From a virus: 64,000 bases of DNA. The DNA lies in IMG/VR virus record IMGVR_UViG_3300025195_000002, one strand, 5' to 3'. This document shows, in pieces, positions 1-10,092 of this stretch; position 1 is the first letter of the stretch; each line of letters starts with the position of its first letter. Position numbers and translations under genes: made by a program. The notes below the pieces were generated by a model that saw nothing but the letters and a program-made list of their open reading frames with translations, was not told where the DNA came from and searched no databases.

Positions 1-585
1 GTACTGAACTTTAACGGTCCAGAGATCTGTTTGTGCTTTGGTCAGAATGGCCATAAACGGCTTATTAGTTAGCTGGACGTCGTCCGTTTCCTCGTCACCG
101 TCAATTAACCATTTACCGCTAGTAAGTGTAACAGTAATATCACCAGCATCTTTTGATAATCGAGATATCTCAAACTGCTGACCTATGTCGTAATTGGCTG
201 TGTCGATGGTATATGTTACATTAGCGCCGTTACCGTATTCAACTCTAGTCAGTTGGCGGTTGGTATCAAATGTCCGATTGCCTGAGTTGTAGTAATAGAG
301 TGGTAATGGGTTAACGTTAGGAACGTTAGATAAACCAACCGTAGATTTAGTAACATTGTGGGGATTAGATTCTTGAAAGTGTGCTTGTAATATAGCATCG
401 TAATTCTGACCTAATTTAACAATATTACCCTGGTCATCCTTGGTGTAGAGTATTAAGTCTTTAAGGTTGGCCGCTAGCTCACCTTCTTCAAGAAGAACAG
501 GCTGTGGTTCAGCATTAGGTGTAATAGAACGCCTAATTAACAATGGACTTAATGCGGTACCACCGGGGGTGGTTATTGAAGGCAT
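1..585 (-). CDS. Tail fibre-like protein, N-terminal part (runs off the left edge; not in the ORF track)
   Basis: My translation from ATG at 585 (GGAG RBS at 591-596) is open to base 1: MPSITTPGGTALSPLLIRRS...EEGELAANLKD...HFQESNPHNVTKSTVGLSNVPN. The RRS..GELA.N and NPHNVTK..VGL.NV.N motifs are typical of jumbo-phage tail fibres. Confidence 0.7.
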   Translation of the reverse strand, partial: MPSITTPGGTALSPLLIRRSITPNAEPQPVLLEEGELAANLKDLILYTKDDQGNIVKLGQNYDAILQAHFQESNPHNVTKSTVGLSNVPNVNPLPLYYYNSGNRTFDTNRQLTRVEYGNGANVTYTIDTANYDIGQQFEISRLSKDAGDITVTLTSGKWLIDGDEETDDVQLTNKPFMAILTKAQTDLWTVKVQY

Positions 586-597
586 GATAAACTCTCC

Positions 598-1017
598 TTA
601 TAGTCCCGATGGGATTTCAATGGCGGTAGCAGGAGCGAAGATAGATTCAAGATCAGATTCTGTATAGATACCTAATCCTTCTATTACGGGCCTTAACCTT
701 TCATCGTTAAGATTAATGTACTCGCGAGACCGTAGGTTAGTCAAGTACTTATATAACACCATGTTAGGTGGGTCTTGATCCATACCGGCCTTAGACATGG
801 CGTATATTGTTTCAAGTTTATTATCAATATCTAGTCGATCAAGAAATGAGGCGACTGATATAATGTACGTATCAACAACCCCGATCGCAATCGTTTCGCT
901 CTGGAAAGTAATTACCTTGGACGTGTTATCAGAAAAGTTTTTTCTTATCTGATCTCCATCTTCCGGTTCCTCTCCAGGACGACTGAGGTTATCAATCGAC
1001 ACAATCGTCCTACTCAT
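598..1017 (-). CDS. Hypothetical protein, possible tail fibre accessory/chaperone
   Basis: 139-aa ORF coupled to its neighbours within the tail-fibre cluster; no diagnostic motif. Confidence 0.5.
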   Translation of the reverse strand: MSRTIVSIDNLSRPGEEPEDGDQIRKNFSDNTSKVITFQSETIAIGVVDTYIISVASFLDRLDIDNKLETIYAMSKAGMDQDPPNMVLYKYLTNLRSREYINLNDERLRPVIEGLGIYTESDLESIFAPATAIEIPSGL

Positions 1018-1583
1018 AACTCATCTCCTATCAAATAATCACAGGTAAGGGTTTGCCTAGAGCTCCAGCTATACATGTTGGCATATTCAATCTTAAGTTG
1101 GTTTTCAAAATGAACACCCCCCTTAAAGAAATTCTGCCTGTATTCTTCCGTGATAGTTTCTCTATCTTTAAAAAAGTAGAATCCCCCTACTGACCCCCAA
1201 GAGGACCCTTCCGACCAATACCCCCAAGCTAGGTGTCCATAATTCCAATTATTGGTGAATGTAACACTTGACTCTCCATCGACGGTAATTCTTAGATACA
1301 TGGGTTGTTTTAATCCATGTATAGCGCTAAGTACTCCTTTTCCATTTAACTGAAGATAAGGCTTAAAAACATTAGCATCCCCTCTGTCAGTTTTAAATGG
1401 GTCTCGAGAATAGCTACTGTCGTGCCTCTCAGAGAATTGGGTTACCATGAAAGGCGCTGGGACATTGCCAACAAGATTACCCATGACCGATGTTGCGAAC
1501 ACTGCGTCTCGCAATGGTATTTTGGGATAATAGAATTTTTCTACTTCTTCAACCGGAAGTAGGGTATAGAGTTCACGTGGCAT
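1014..1583 (-). CDS. Hypothetical beta-rich protein, tail tip/fibre-associated candidate
   Basis: 189 aa, rich in aromatic residues and Gly; 4-nt overlap with the next gene; tail cluster context. Confidence 0.5.
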   Translation of the reverse strand: MPRELYTLLPVEEVEKFYYPKIPLRDAVFATSVMGNLVGNVPAPFMVTQFSERHDSSYSRDPFKTDRGDANVFKPYLQLNGKGVLSAIHGLKQPMYLRITVDGESSVTFTNNWNYGHLAWGYWSEGSSWGSVGGFYFFKDRETITEEYRQNFFKGGVHFENQLKIEYANMYSWSSRQTLTCDYLIGDEL

Positions 1584-1655
1584 CTTTTAACCTACTTAAC
1601 AGTTTGTTATAACAAGACTGCTATCGGTTTACACATTGTACTTAAACTTCCAGAA

Positions 1656-2744
1656 TTAGTAAGAAATTGGTCTATCCACATAAGTTCTCCACTCAGTGTT
1701 TACAGTGTCAATTTGCTCCTGTAAACCCTTTGTTTCAGATTGTGGATCGCCAATAACAATATCCGTTAAGTCGGGGTTCTTACCCCACAACCAACCTGCT
1801 CGATATGTTTCTCCATTTTCACAAGTTGTCGTTATCCGTGTAACACAGATATGCATGTCGTCCCAGTTCGCACTATTGTCATCCAACTCCAGATACAGTG
1901 CGTTGCGGGTAGCGTCGAAGTATTTAAAGGCATACTTAAGTTTTTCGCCAGCCAGTTCGGTACCATGCATGTTGACCAACACATTGTCCCCTTCAATCTC
2001 TTTATAAGAGAGGGAGTATCGGGCAACACCTTTTGAAGATATCAACTCAAATTCAATAACGTTAATAGCGTTTTGCCCTATTGAACGATTAATCAGTAAA
2101 CGTAGCGCGCCGACATAATCGCCCGGTACAAAAGATGCTTCATCTTGAGTAATGAGTTTAGAATGACCAACGTCAGATGTCTTCTTAGCAAGCTGTTTGA
2201 GTATTTGTTCAACAAACGCTTCGTTAGATACATCAACAGCCTGCTTGACTTCACCAATAACTTCTACCAGTTCACTCAGTCCCACTAAGTCATAGCCGCT
2301 ATGTTGGTGATCGGCAGGTGGGAAGACTTCTGGTTTATTCTTAATGTCATCCCAGTTAACCGTGAGGTCGGAGACTTCAAGTGTCGATAAGACTTCTTGA
2401 ATAGCGGCTGCCTCAGAGGCATACCGCTCACCTACTGTCTGATAACTTAAGAGTAAAGTATCAGTGGTTAGGTTCTCATTAAGCAAAGCTACCGCAGTCA
2501 CTACTTCATGACCTGTCTCCATCGTCGCTTCTTGATACAGGTAGACTAATTTATAGTCATCACCAGGCACTAAGGGATTACCACCCTGTGGCGTTAATGT
2601 AAAGCCCTGTGCATAAAACGGCGTGTGGGTAGGTACAATAATCTGGTTAGTCACTGTTGATAAGGTAACAATTTCACCCGAGATCGCGTTAGTCTGAGCG
2701 ACAGCTGTCGGGTCAAACGGGTATTTTTGTAATTCAGGTAACAT
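1656..2744 (-). CDS. Virion structural protein, baseplate/tail fibre attachment family (phiKZ gp130/131-like)
   Basis: PTHTPFYAQGF..GDDYKLVYLY and WDDIKNKPEVFPPADHQH motifs; paralogue of 3448..4569. Confidence 0.65.
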   Translation of the reverse strand: MLPELQKYPFDPTAVAQTNAISGEIVTLSTVTNQIIVPTHTPFYAQGFTLTPQGGNPLVPGDDYKLVYLYQEATMETGHEVVTAVALLNENLTTDTLLLSYQTVGERYASEAAAIQEVLSTLEVSDLTVNWDDIKNKPEVFPPADHQHSGYDLVGLSELVEVIGEVKQAVDVSNEAFVEQILKQLAKKTSDVGHSKLITQDEASFVPGDYVGALRLLINRSIGQNAINVIEFELISSKGVARYSLSYKEIEGDNVLVNMHGTELAGEKLKYAFKYFDATRNALYLELDDNSANWDDMHICVTRITTTCENGETYRAGWLWGKNPDLTDIVIGDPQSETKGLQEQIDTVNTEWRTYVDRPISY

Positions 2745-2765
2745 GACCTGCTCCTTAGTGAGATT

Positions 2766-2797
2766 GCATAGGTGGGTAGGGATTTACCCTACCCACC
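2766..2797 (-). terminator. Hairpin terminator-like element
   Basis: GGTGGGTAGGG-ATTTA-CCCTACCCACC, 11-bp stem; followed by TATGC on the minus strand. Confidence 0.7.
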
Positions 2798-2817
2798 GAT
2801 GTGTTTAAGATTAGTGA

Positions 2818-3402
2818 TTATACCGCACCGGCGATGACAATCCATTTTGATTCCGCTTTAATCCAACGCAACCAAACCCAACCGTAATCTGATGAAATGG
2901 TAAGAGGTTCATCAGAAGCCACATCTTCAATAGGACCATTGATATTAATCGCATAGTTAGAAGAACGACCATATCTGTCTTTGACAATAATTTCTGAACC
3001 ATCCAGAATGCTATCATCACTTGGTAAAGATCTGGTAACTGATTCAGCGGTCGTATCGGCTAACCAAGTTGTCCATGGTGTTAACTCACCACTACTGGCC
3101 ATGTCGTTGATCATCGTGCGAGCAATGCGACCTTCTTCATAGAGCACATTAAAAGCCTGTGCTTCAAGAACGGCCTGGTTAACACCATCTAAGGCTGATG
3201 TGGCATCGCTGGCTGCCATAATAGCAGCTTCAGTAAGGCTGTAGATGTCAGCTTTTTGAAGTTCTTGTAATGCTTTAGCATTATAGAACATATCTTCGGA
3301 AGTACGTGAACTTTCAGCTAATTTACTGAGTCGCGTATATTGACCTTCAACCAACTCTCTTACAGTTGGCGGGGTCTCGTTCGTAGTATCATTATCGGCC
3401 AT
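2818..3402 (-). CDS. Tail-associated protein with a C-terminal fibre-type beta domain
   Basis: Likely start MADND at 3402 (GAGG RBS). Helical N-terminus; C-terminal LPSDD..DGSEIIVKDRYG...WVWLRW pattern as seen in fibre proteins. Confidence 0.5.
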   Translation of the reverse strand: MADNDTTNETPPTVRELVEGQYTRLSKLAESSRTSEDMFYNAKALQELQKADIYSLTEAAIMAASDATSALDGVNQAVLEAQAFNVLYEEGRIARTMINDMASSGELTPWTTWLADTTAESVTRSLPSDDSILDGSEIIVKDRYGRSSNYAININGPIEDVASDEPLTISSDYGWVWLRWIKAESKWIVIAGAV

Positions 3403-3447
3403 TAGAGGGCACCTCAAACAGAATTAGGAGTGAATAAGATGGTCGTT

Positions 3448-4569
3448 TTAAATGTGCTTAAATAGCCCGGGATAAAACGAGTTCAAACGTAGCATGGACA
3501 AACGACTTTCTATACGGTCCAAACCAACAATTTTTTCAACAATCGTTGCTTCACCAGTCACATCATTGGCAAAATAGACGACATAGCCTTCGTTATAGAT
3601 CTGTGGAACCGTAGTTCCAATGGTGATCGAACGAATAACTACATGATGATTTTTCCAATCGTCGCCTTTACCTAGATAGATAGTTGGATAGTTATCATTG
3701 TCGTAAGTAAAAAATGCATCTAAAACATGACGATAACCTTGATAGGTTGCCGTCGTATCTTCCCAACTACCACCAGCTACCGTCTGATATCGACTACCTA
3801 CCAAACCTGATAGGTAGTAAATCGTGGGCTCTTCTTCACTTAATACAGCTACCTCAACCGTGATGCGAAGAGGGTTATTAAGTTTAGGTAGGCGGATAGC
3901 GACTGACCCTACCTGGTTAGCAAAGCTATAACCGTTGGCAGGAGCGGGTTTGTGAGACCGATTAACGACAGCCATTTGACTGATACGGTCTTCCAAACCT
4001 AAGATTTGGTCTATAGCGTGTGTGTGGTTAGCTTTATACTCACCACTTATCGCTGCCCGAATTTCCTGTAACGCCGAGATGACTTGATTCAGATCTGTCA
4101 GATCTTCACCATCGACAACGTGGGCTGAAGGAGGATAGAACTCAGGTTCTCCAATGACATCACTCATGTCTCGAGTATCAACGAACGCCGCCAAAGTACC
4201 AATAGCGGCAAGAAGCTCTCGGCCTTCTTGACTATGCGGCCCACCCATCACCTGATAGCTTTCAATAGTAAAATTACCACTGAGTTCACGATCTAGTATT
4301 GTAAGGCTGCCAAACGCATCACCCCCTAGATTATCTTCAGGCTTGGTATATTGGTGAGTAAAGATGTAATCCTTACCTACTACTAAAGGGTCAGCGCTAT
4401 CCTCGTGGGTGAGTATGAATCCTTCTTTATAAAACGGTGATACATTGGGGATAATCAGGTGATAATTGTCACCATTATCCGATGTAAGAACATGTTCTTC
4501 GTCCCGTCTTAAATTAGAAGCAGCCTGACCCGTCGGGTCGTAGTCGTAGAGATAGCTTGAATCTGACAT
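3448..4569 (-). CDS. Virion structural protein (phiKZ gp130/131-like family), paralogue of 1656..2744
   Basis: YDYDPTG..N, PNVSPFYKEGF, GKDYIFTHQY, EFYPPSAH and HTHAIDQILGL motifs. Confidence 0.65.
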   Translation of the reverse strand: MSDSSYLYDYDPTGQAASNLRRDEEHVLTSDNGDNYHLIIPNVSPFYKEGFILTHEDSADPLVVGKDYIFTHQYTKPEDNLGGDAFGSLTILDRELSGNFTIESYQVMGGPHSQEGRELLAAIGTLAAFVDTRDMSDVIGEPEFYPPSAHVVDGEDLTDLNQVISALQEIRAAISGEYKANHTHAIDQILGLEDRISQMAVVNRSHKPAPANGYSFANQVGSVAIRLPKLNNPLRITVEVAVLSEEEPTIYYLSGLVGSRYQTVAGGSWEDTTATYQGYRHVLDAFFTYDNDNYPTIYLGKGDDWKNHHVVIRSITIGTTVPQIYNEGYVVYFANDVTGEATIVEKIVGLDRIESRLSMLRLNSFYPGLFKHI

Positions 4570-4699
4570 TCTGACTGACTCCTTTGGTCATTATAGGTAA
4601 ATAGAATTAATAAAAAACACAAGGTTCACATAATATTTAAGCCCCGTGTAGGTAAACTATGATTAAGCCTTAAAGATATCTATAAATAGGAGTCAGCTT

Positions 4700-5899
4700 G
4701 TGTATACCTTTATTAGTGCTTTAGTGCAACAGAAACGCACCTGGGATGCCGTTGATGTCTCTTCACTAACTTTTTTTCAACTTTACCAAAATTATAAAAA
4801 CGTCATTTTGATTGTGAACAATGGTAGTGTCGAAAAGGCGCTTGCTATTAAGGATCTCGATTATAGTTATCGGTTTAAAAAGGTAACTATTGCTGACTGG
4901 CTACAGACCCTCACCGCTACATTACCTTGGCTAGATAGCGTTCCAACAATAGACTCTGCGCCAGGTGTTTTTTATACGGACGTATTTGATCATGACTTTA
5001 CAGTAACGCGTTCAGACTACACCAAACACGTGACTAACCCAACAATAGGTCGACATGGTCCTGATGCACTACTGACTCACGATAATATTGATTACATTCA
5101 ATTATCTAAACATGCATTGTTTACGGTTAACGGGTATGTGCATCGAACTAGTGCTTCAAGTCGTGGACTTTATGTGTTACGGGCAGGAGAAACATTAGAA
5201 CGCACAGATAGCAATCATTTAGGTATGGTTAATTTTTCTCAACTTGGTGAAATTGAAACCCATAGCATCCCTGAGAGTGCTGTTAAGATTGACACTCGAA
5301 TCCCCGCCCATGAACAAGTATTAGTCACACTTCCAGGTGTTGACTTTAGTAATAAAACTGTCTTGTTATGCATTGGCGGTTATCTATGCATACTAGATGA
5401 CACCTATCGGGTGATGGGTAATAATACCATCCAGATTAAATTTAGAGAATACCCTCTAATTAGACGGGTGTTATTATCACGTGAAGATATCCAACTTGAC
5501 GATCTTATTAACCCTATCGGTAACATCCAGGTTAAAGACATTCAAAGTGGATCATTTATTAGACGTTATCTAAGTCACCCGTTTAGCTTTGTTATCACTA
5601 TCGATAACGATAACATCAGTGAGCGAATTGAACGACTACAAGCAACAGGGTTACCTGGCTCTTTCAGATCTAAAGCTATACCTCAAGGTATTCTTTTTGA
5701 TAACGAAGGTTTGATTTCAGAATATACGTTACATGGAACTGACGATGATTATTTGGTTCTAGCACGCGTTAAGGAAGAAAAGCAGTTGATGTTAGATACT
5801 GTTATGGATCTACCCATTGCAATGACACCAACTCGCTTCCCAACATCCAAGCGGAATCGTCGAGCACCGTGGCTTCATTCTCTATTTAGTGTGATCTAA
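4700..5899 (+). CDS. Conserved phiKZ-like virion structural protein
   Basis: GTG start with GGAG RBS; 399 aa; ALFTVNGYVHR and TVLLCIGGYL segments; convergent with the SMC-like gene. Confidence 0.55.
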   Translation: MYTFISALVQQKRTWDAVDVSSLTFFQLYQNYKNVILIVNNGSVEKALAIKDLDYSYRFKKVTIADWLQTLTATLPWLDSVPTIDSAPGVFYTDVFDHDFTVTRSDYTKHVTNPTIGRHGPDALLTHDNIDYIQLSKHALFTVNGYVHRTSASSRGLYVLRAGETLERTDSNHLGMVNFSQLGEIETHSIPESAVKIDTRIPAHEQVLVTLPGVDFSNKTVLLCIGGYLCILDDTYRVMGNNTIQIKFREYPLIRRVLLSREDIQLDDLINPIGNIQVKDIQSGSFIRRYLSHPFSFVITIDNDNISERIERLQATGLPGSFRSKAIPQGILFDNEGLISEYTLHGTDDDYLVLARVKEEKQLMLDTVMDLPIAMTPTRFPTSKRNRRAPWLHSLFSVI

Positions 5900-5953
5900 C
5901 GGCATAAGCTAACCACCTAGCCGTGAGGCCGGGTGGTTAGGCTTTTATGCCGT
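5899..5953. repeat. 55-bp palindromic element/bidirectional terminator, copy 1 (core inverted relative to copies 2 and 3)
   Basis: ACGGCATAAGC-TAACCACC-TAGCCGTGAGGCCG-GGTGGTTA-GGCTTTTATGCCGT between convergent genes. Confidence 0.85.
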
Positions 5954-8416
5954 AAAAGTAACATGGTCATTATAAATAGATGGTAGCGTCACATTTTGAT
6001 CATCTAACACACAAACTTCCGCATTAGTAAATCCACCACTGAAACTAGCAAAGTGATTAACTAAAAATAATTGAGAAGCTTGGCCTGATTCAATCAATAA
6101 CTTTATATACCCCATTAAACGATCTCGGTGTATAGTATCGAAGGTACGACCTGTTTCATCTAATAACATCGGGTATTCATGTAGATCCATGAAATGCATG
6201 ACTGTCACCATAAAGGCAAAGTCTATCATTTCCATCTGACCTTCTGAACCCAACCCTATATCAGAAATCTGGCGATCTTCATCTCCTACAACAAACGGAA
6301 ATTTATAATCAAGAGTACCAGATTGATTTGCACAGGGTTGGACTTCAAGTCGATGACCCCACACTTTACCAATGATGGAATTCATCTGATCTAACATACA
6401 TTTAATAAAACCTGTCATTTGATCAGCGATGATGCCTGTTGAAGGCGAGAGCATGTGTTGTAAGTCTTGCCAACCCTGTGTCTCTTCCTCCAATTGCTTC
6501 TGAGACTGCCTGAGCTCCTCTATCATCTGTTCTAACGTGACTTTCTGACCTAGGGTATTAGTAAGTGATGAAAGTGTCTGCTGGCGCTCCCTGAGAACAT
6601 CTCCAATGATACTCTGTCTGTGAGACTCTACTAACTCATCTCTTAACTGCTCCAGTTCAACTAACGCGCCGCATACTACTTGTTGCTCTTTAAAGAACTG
6701 AGTAAAGATAGCTTTTCCTTCTTTAAGTCTATTAATTTCCTGACTCAAAGGCTGCATGGCTTTAATAACGTCATCTATTCGCCGCTCAAGGTCTGAGATG
6801 CGCTTTTCTACCTCAAGACTATCTAACCCCTTGCTCTCTCGACATTTTTCAATAGAGGCGTCGATGAGCGCTAATTCCGACATCACCTTTTGCTTCTTAG
6901 ATAAACTAATAACATAGTCTTTAAAACTGTCATAGGTCTTCATGATTAGTAAAGGTGTTGTGTCGTAATGCTTCTGCCGTTTAACACGTTGCCATAGCAT
7001 ATTTAATCTGGGAAAAGTTTCCATGATTACGTTAAGGCGGTTAAGTGTTCTGATGTAGTTTTGATAATCTTCAATACGGGTTGTGTAATTACTGTGTTCT
7101 CTATCTTTACTCTCCAATAAAGTACTTAGCGTTTCACACTGTATTTTAGACTCCTCAAGTTCTCTATCAGACACACCAGGTCGCCATATATAGCCGCACT
7201 GAGGACACTCTAATTCTCTAGCCTGCTCCATATGAGTAACACGATGTTGTAGACTGTCGAGTTTACGTTTAATACTTAATCTCTCTTTGTCTAAACCCTT
7301 CAAGTACTCTACTGCTTCTAAGTAAGCCGCTTTGTCGTATTCAGGCTTTAGTTGAGATGGGGTTTCTACACACCAGTCTCTCAGTGGAACGAATGAGCTG
7401 TTAACATCCTTTAATAAAAGTTCTCCGTCATCATTTAACCCTTCCCAGTCATTACTAAATTCAATACTGGATTGTTTATCTTCTAACACTTTACGCTTCT
7501 CCATTAACTCCTCTAGGCTACTTGCCCCTAGATTAGTCATCTGGTTTAACATGTTTTGCAGATCGGTTAATGTTTCCGTATAGCTATCTCTTTTAGATGA
7601 TAATACAGCTTGTTCGGTCTGAAGTTTAACAACACGTTCATCAAAATCTAATTCAGTCTTAAACCCTTGGGTAAACCATTGCGTTAGGTTAGTGTTAAGG
7701 ACTCGTTTAGATAACTTCAATACAACATCACGCTTTTGACTTATACGCTGTTTCACCTCAATGGGTGTTACTATAGACGTTTGTTTCTCTGTCAATAACG
7801 CCTCAATATCTCGATGACACTCATCTACTCTTTCTTGTAGATTAGTGGCTGCTTCAAGAGAAACAAGCCGGGCTTGTTGTTGTGCAATCTTCTCTTTGGT
7901 GTGTTTAAGCGCGCCCTGGTTGTCACGGGCTGCTACTTTAACAGCATCAAATAGCTTATAGGCAAAGCCCATATCAGTGGTACTTAATTTAGATATCCAC
8001 TCCCGGCGTTTGATAGGAGCCATCTGGGTGAAACGCATCTTACCTGTTAATATCGTGTGCAGTGAGGTAGTATATCCTAGTTCTTGTTCAACAAGATCCT
8101 TTTGAACCAACCCCGTCCCTCCAGGATTTAACTCTACACCGTTTCTAATAAAAGAATGTTTAGCACCCCGGCTAACGTCGGACCGTAATATAAACTCATC
8201 GCCTTTAAACGAAACATGGAGTTCTTTAAACCCACCTTTAGTAAAATCTTGTGGATTAGCAGGCAGTGGCGTAAGTTCACTTAATAGACTTGACTTGCCT
8301 GACCCGTTAGTCCCTAATATCAACTGCATTGGGGTAGAAAAATCAATAGAGATATAAGGTACCTCACTCAGCGCGAAACGTTTATATTGACTGAGTATTA
8401 ATTTTCTTATCTTCAT
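5945..8416 (-). CDS. sbcC: Rad50/SbcC-like SMC-family ATPase (phiKZ gp165-like)
   Basis: Walker A GTNGSGKS, long coiled coils, zinc hook CPQCG, signature-like GSEGQ, Walker B LLDE, C-terminal NH switch. Confidence 0.9.
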   Translation of the reverse strand: MKIRKLILSQYKRFALSEVPYISIDFSTPMQLILGTNGSGKSSLLSELTPLPANPQDFTKGGFKELHVSFKGDEFILRSDVSRGAKHSFIRNGVELNPGGTGLVQKDLVEQELGYTTSLHTILTGKMRFTQMAPIKRREWISKLSTTDMGFAYKLFDAVKVAARDNQGALKHTKEKIAQQQARLVSLEAATNLQERVDECHRDIEALLTEKQTSIVTPIEVKQRISQKRDVVLKLSKRVLNTNLTQWFTQGFKTELDFDERVVKLQTEQAVLSSKRDSYTETLTDLQNMLNQMTNLGASSLEELMEKRKVLEDKQSSIEFSNDWEGLNDDGELLLKDVNSSFVPLRDWCVETPSQLKPEYDKAAYLEAVEYLKGLDKERLSIKRKLDSLQHRVTHMEQARELECPQCGYIWRPGVSDRELEESKIQCETLSTLLESKDREHSNYTTRIEDYQNYIRTLNRLNVIMETFPRLNMLWQRVKRQKHYDTTPLLIMKTYDSFKDYVISLSKKQKVMSELALIDASIEKCRESKGLDSLEVEKRISDLERRIDDVIKAMQPLSQEINRLKEGKAIFTQFFKEQQVVCGALVELEQLRDELVESHRQSIIGDVLRERQQTLSSLTNTLGQKVTLEQMIEELRQSQKQLEEETQGWQDLQHMLSPSTGIIADQMTGFIKCMLDQMNSIIGKVWGHRLEVQPCANQSGTLDYKFPFVVGDEDRQISDIGLGSEGQMEMIDFAFMVTVMHFMDLHEYPMLLDETGRTFDTIHRDRLMGYIKLLIESGQASQLFLVNHFASFSGGFTNAEVCVLDDQNVTLPSIYNDHVTFTA

Positions 8417-8931
8417 TACGATATTTTTCCAGATAGAATTTCATTCTCGTACATTTCGTAGAGAAAATCATAGTTAACCTTCGCAACAGGACAAGCATCA
8501 TCAGGATGGAAGACGACTTGTGTTTTACCGATTTGTATTTTATCTTCAGGAATAGAATAACAAACAAAAGAAAATCCAGCCATCTCTAGTTCGCGAGAGA
8601 TGGTAAGATTAGGAAACCAACACAACAAGTCTTTTAATTCAAAACCGACTAAAAGACCGGCATTCATTGTTAATCCTTCCTCTCCTGGTTCAGGCATCAT
8701 AGGCAGGTTATCTTTATAGCGATCAGTAATAGCAGTTAAGCTATCGTCATGGACTGCTGCGGTCCATGGTCCAAAAGCACCCCACTCCATAAATCTCTCG
8801 CAACGAATAAACATGATTCGATTATTTGCTTTTTTTAAGGCATCTTTAGCTGTTGTATTAGTTAGTGTTGGCTTCATTTTCATTCGTTGTCTTTCAATAA
8901 ATCTATTATGTATAATACCCATTATAATCAT
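8416..8931 (-). CDS. Hypothetical phage protein
   Basis: GF..KDLLCWF...LEMAGF...Y.I...GKTQVVF pattern recalled from small phage proteins; coupled to the sbcC-like gene. Confidence 0.55.
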   Translation of the reverse strand: MIIMGIIHNRFIERQRMKMKPTLTNTTAKDALKKANNRIMFIRCERFMEWGAFGPWTAAVHDDSLTAITDRYKDNLPMMPEPGEEGLTMNAGLLVGFELKDLLCWFPNLTISRELEMAGFSFVCYSIPEDKIQIGKTQVVFHPDDACPVAKVNYDFLYEMYENEILSGKIS

Positions 8932-9032
8932 CCCTTTAGATTCAAATAATGTCTAGAGGGTGTTTAAACCAACAGTCTACATTTACTACTGTTGGGTTAA
9001 TCCTGTGACAAGAGACTTTAACGAGGTAACTG

Positions 9033-10043
9033 ATGACCTTACAGACAAAACTACGTGTAATCTCTATCGGCATCGTTGCTGAGAATAAAGAACGCGGCGT
9101 ACCGGAAGTATACGTTACTCCCATTGAAATACTTCCTTTTCAAATTGGCGATGTGGAAGAGGATAATCGAACTTATTATAGTAAAGGGCTAGATGGATTT
9201 GGTAGACAATGGTCAGCTCAGGTCGATGTTGACAAAACCCTCAAGGCCACCTGGTTAAGTTTAGAAACTAATCGTGAAACACCACCAGACCTGATGCGTG
9301 GTGAGCAGGTATTGATTTGGCAATATGCTGACACTGATAAATACTTTTACACCAGTATGGGTCGCGATGATGTTTTACGACGTTTAGAGACCGTGATATA
9401 TCGGTGGTCTAATGTACCTGAACCTACTGAAGATGTTGAAAATTTGACCGATGAAAATAGTTACAGATTAACTATATCGACTCACGATCAATTGATTGAG
9501 TTAGTGACTAATAAGTATAATGAAGAACCCTACGCATACCGCTTTAGTCTTAATACAAAAGACGGTATTTTTACTATTACAGACGATGTTGAGAATTATG
9601 TTTTCTTAGACAGTGCTAACACCCACATTAAAGCACATAACAAAGATAAGTCGATGTTTGAATTAAATAAAAAGAACATCAACGCTTATGCAGTAGAAAA
9701 CATATCCTTGGTAGCTGATCAAGACATTAGCTTTAAAGCGGGTCGACACATGACCATTGACGTTGGTCAGAATATGACTACGACAGTAGGTGGTAATGAA
9801 ACTATTACTGTAAAGGGCAGTATCAGTATTAAGTCAGATGGTAATCTAACAGTCAATAACCCATCAACTAAGTTTACTACTCCTAGTGCAGAGTTTACCG
9901 GCAATGTGACTATAGGTGGTAACCTTGGCGTTAAAGGTGGTATTACTGGCGATGGTCAAATTAAGGGTAAGGCGGGTGACTTTAAAGATCTTAAGGTCGC
10001 TAGTCCAATTCAAGGTAAGACATCCTTCGCACCAGATGGTTAA
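9033..10043 (+). CDS. Baseplate central spike/gpV-gp5-like protein
   Basis: N-terminal OB-fold-like segment (IGIVAENK...PPDLMRGEQVLIW); C-terminal beta-helix repeats (MTIDVGQNMTTTVGGNETITVKG, GNVTIGGNLGVKGG). Confidence 0.7.
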   Translation: MTLQTKLRVISIGIVAENKERGVPEVYVTPIEILPFQIGDVEEDNRTYYSKGLDGFGRQWSAQVDVDKTLKATWLSLETNRETPPDLMRGEQVLIWQYADTDKYFYTSMGRDDVLRRLETVIYRWSNVPEPTEDVENLTDENSYRLTISTHDQLIELVTNKYNEEPYAYRFSLNTKDGIFTITDDVENYVFLDSANTHIKAHNKDKSMFELNKKNINAYAVENISLVADQDISFKAGRHMTIDVGQNMTTTVGGNETITVKGSISIKSDGNLTVNNPSTKFTTPSAEFTGNVTIGGNLGVKGGITGDGQIKGKAGDFKDLKVASPIQGKTSFAPDG

Positions 10044-10092
10044 CGGCATAACCTACCTCTACCCTATTAAGGTAGAGGTAGGTTTTTATGCG
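10043..10092. terminator. Bidirectional terminator-like hairpin
   Basis: 13-bp stem ACCTACCTCTACC/GGTAGAGGTAGGT flanked by ACGGCATA and TTTTATGCGT; convergent genes. Confidence 0.8.

Noticed and set aside
467-667. Plus-strand 66-aa ORF
   Set aside because: Antisense shadow of the tail-fibre gene (1..585) and of 598..1017; no RBS
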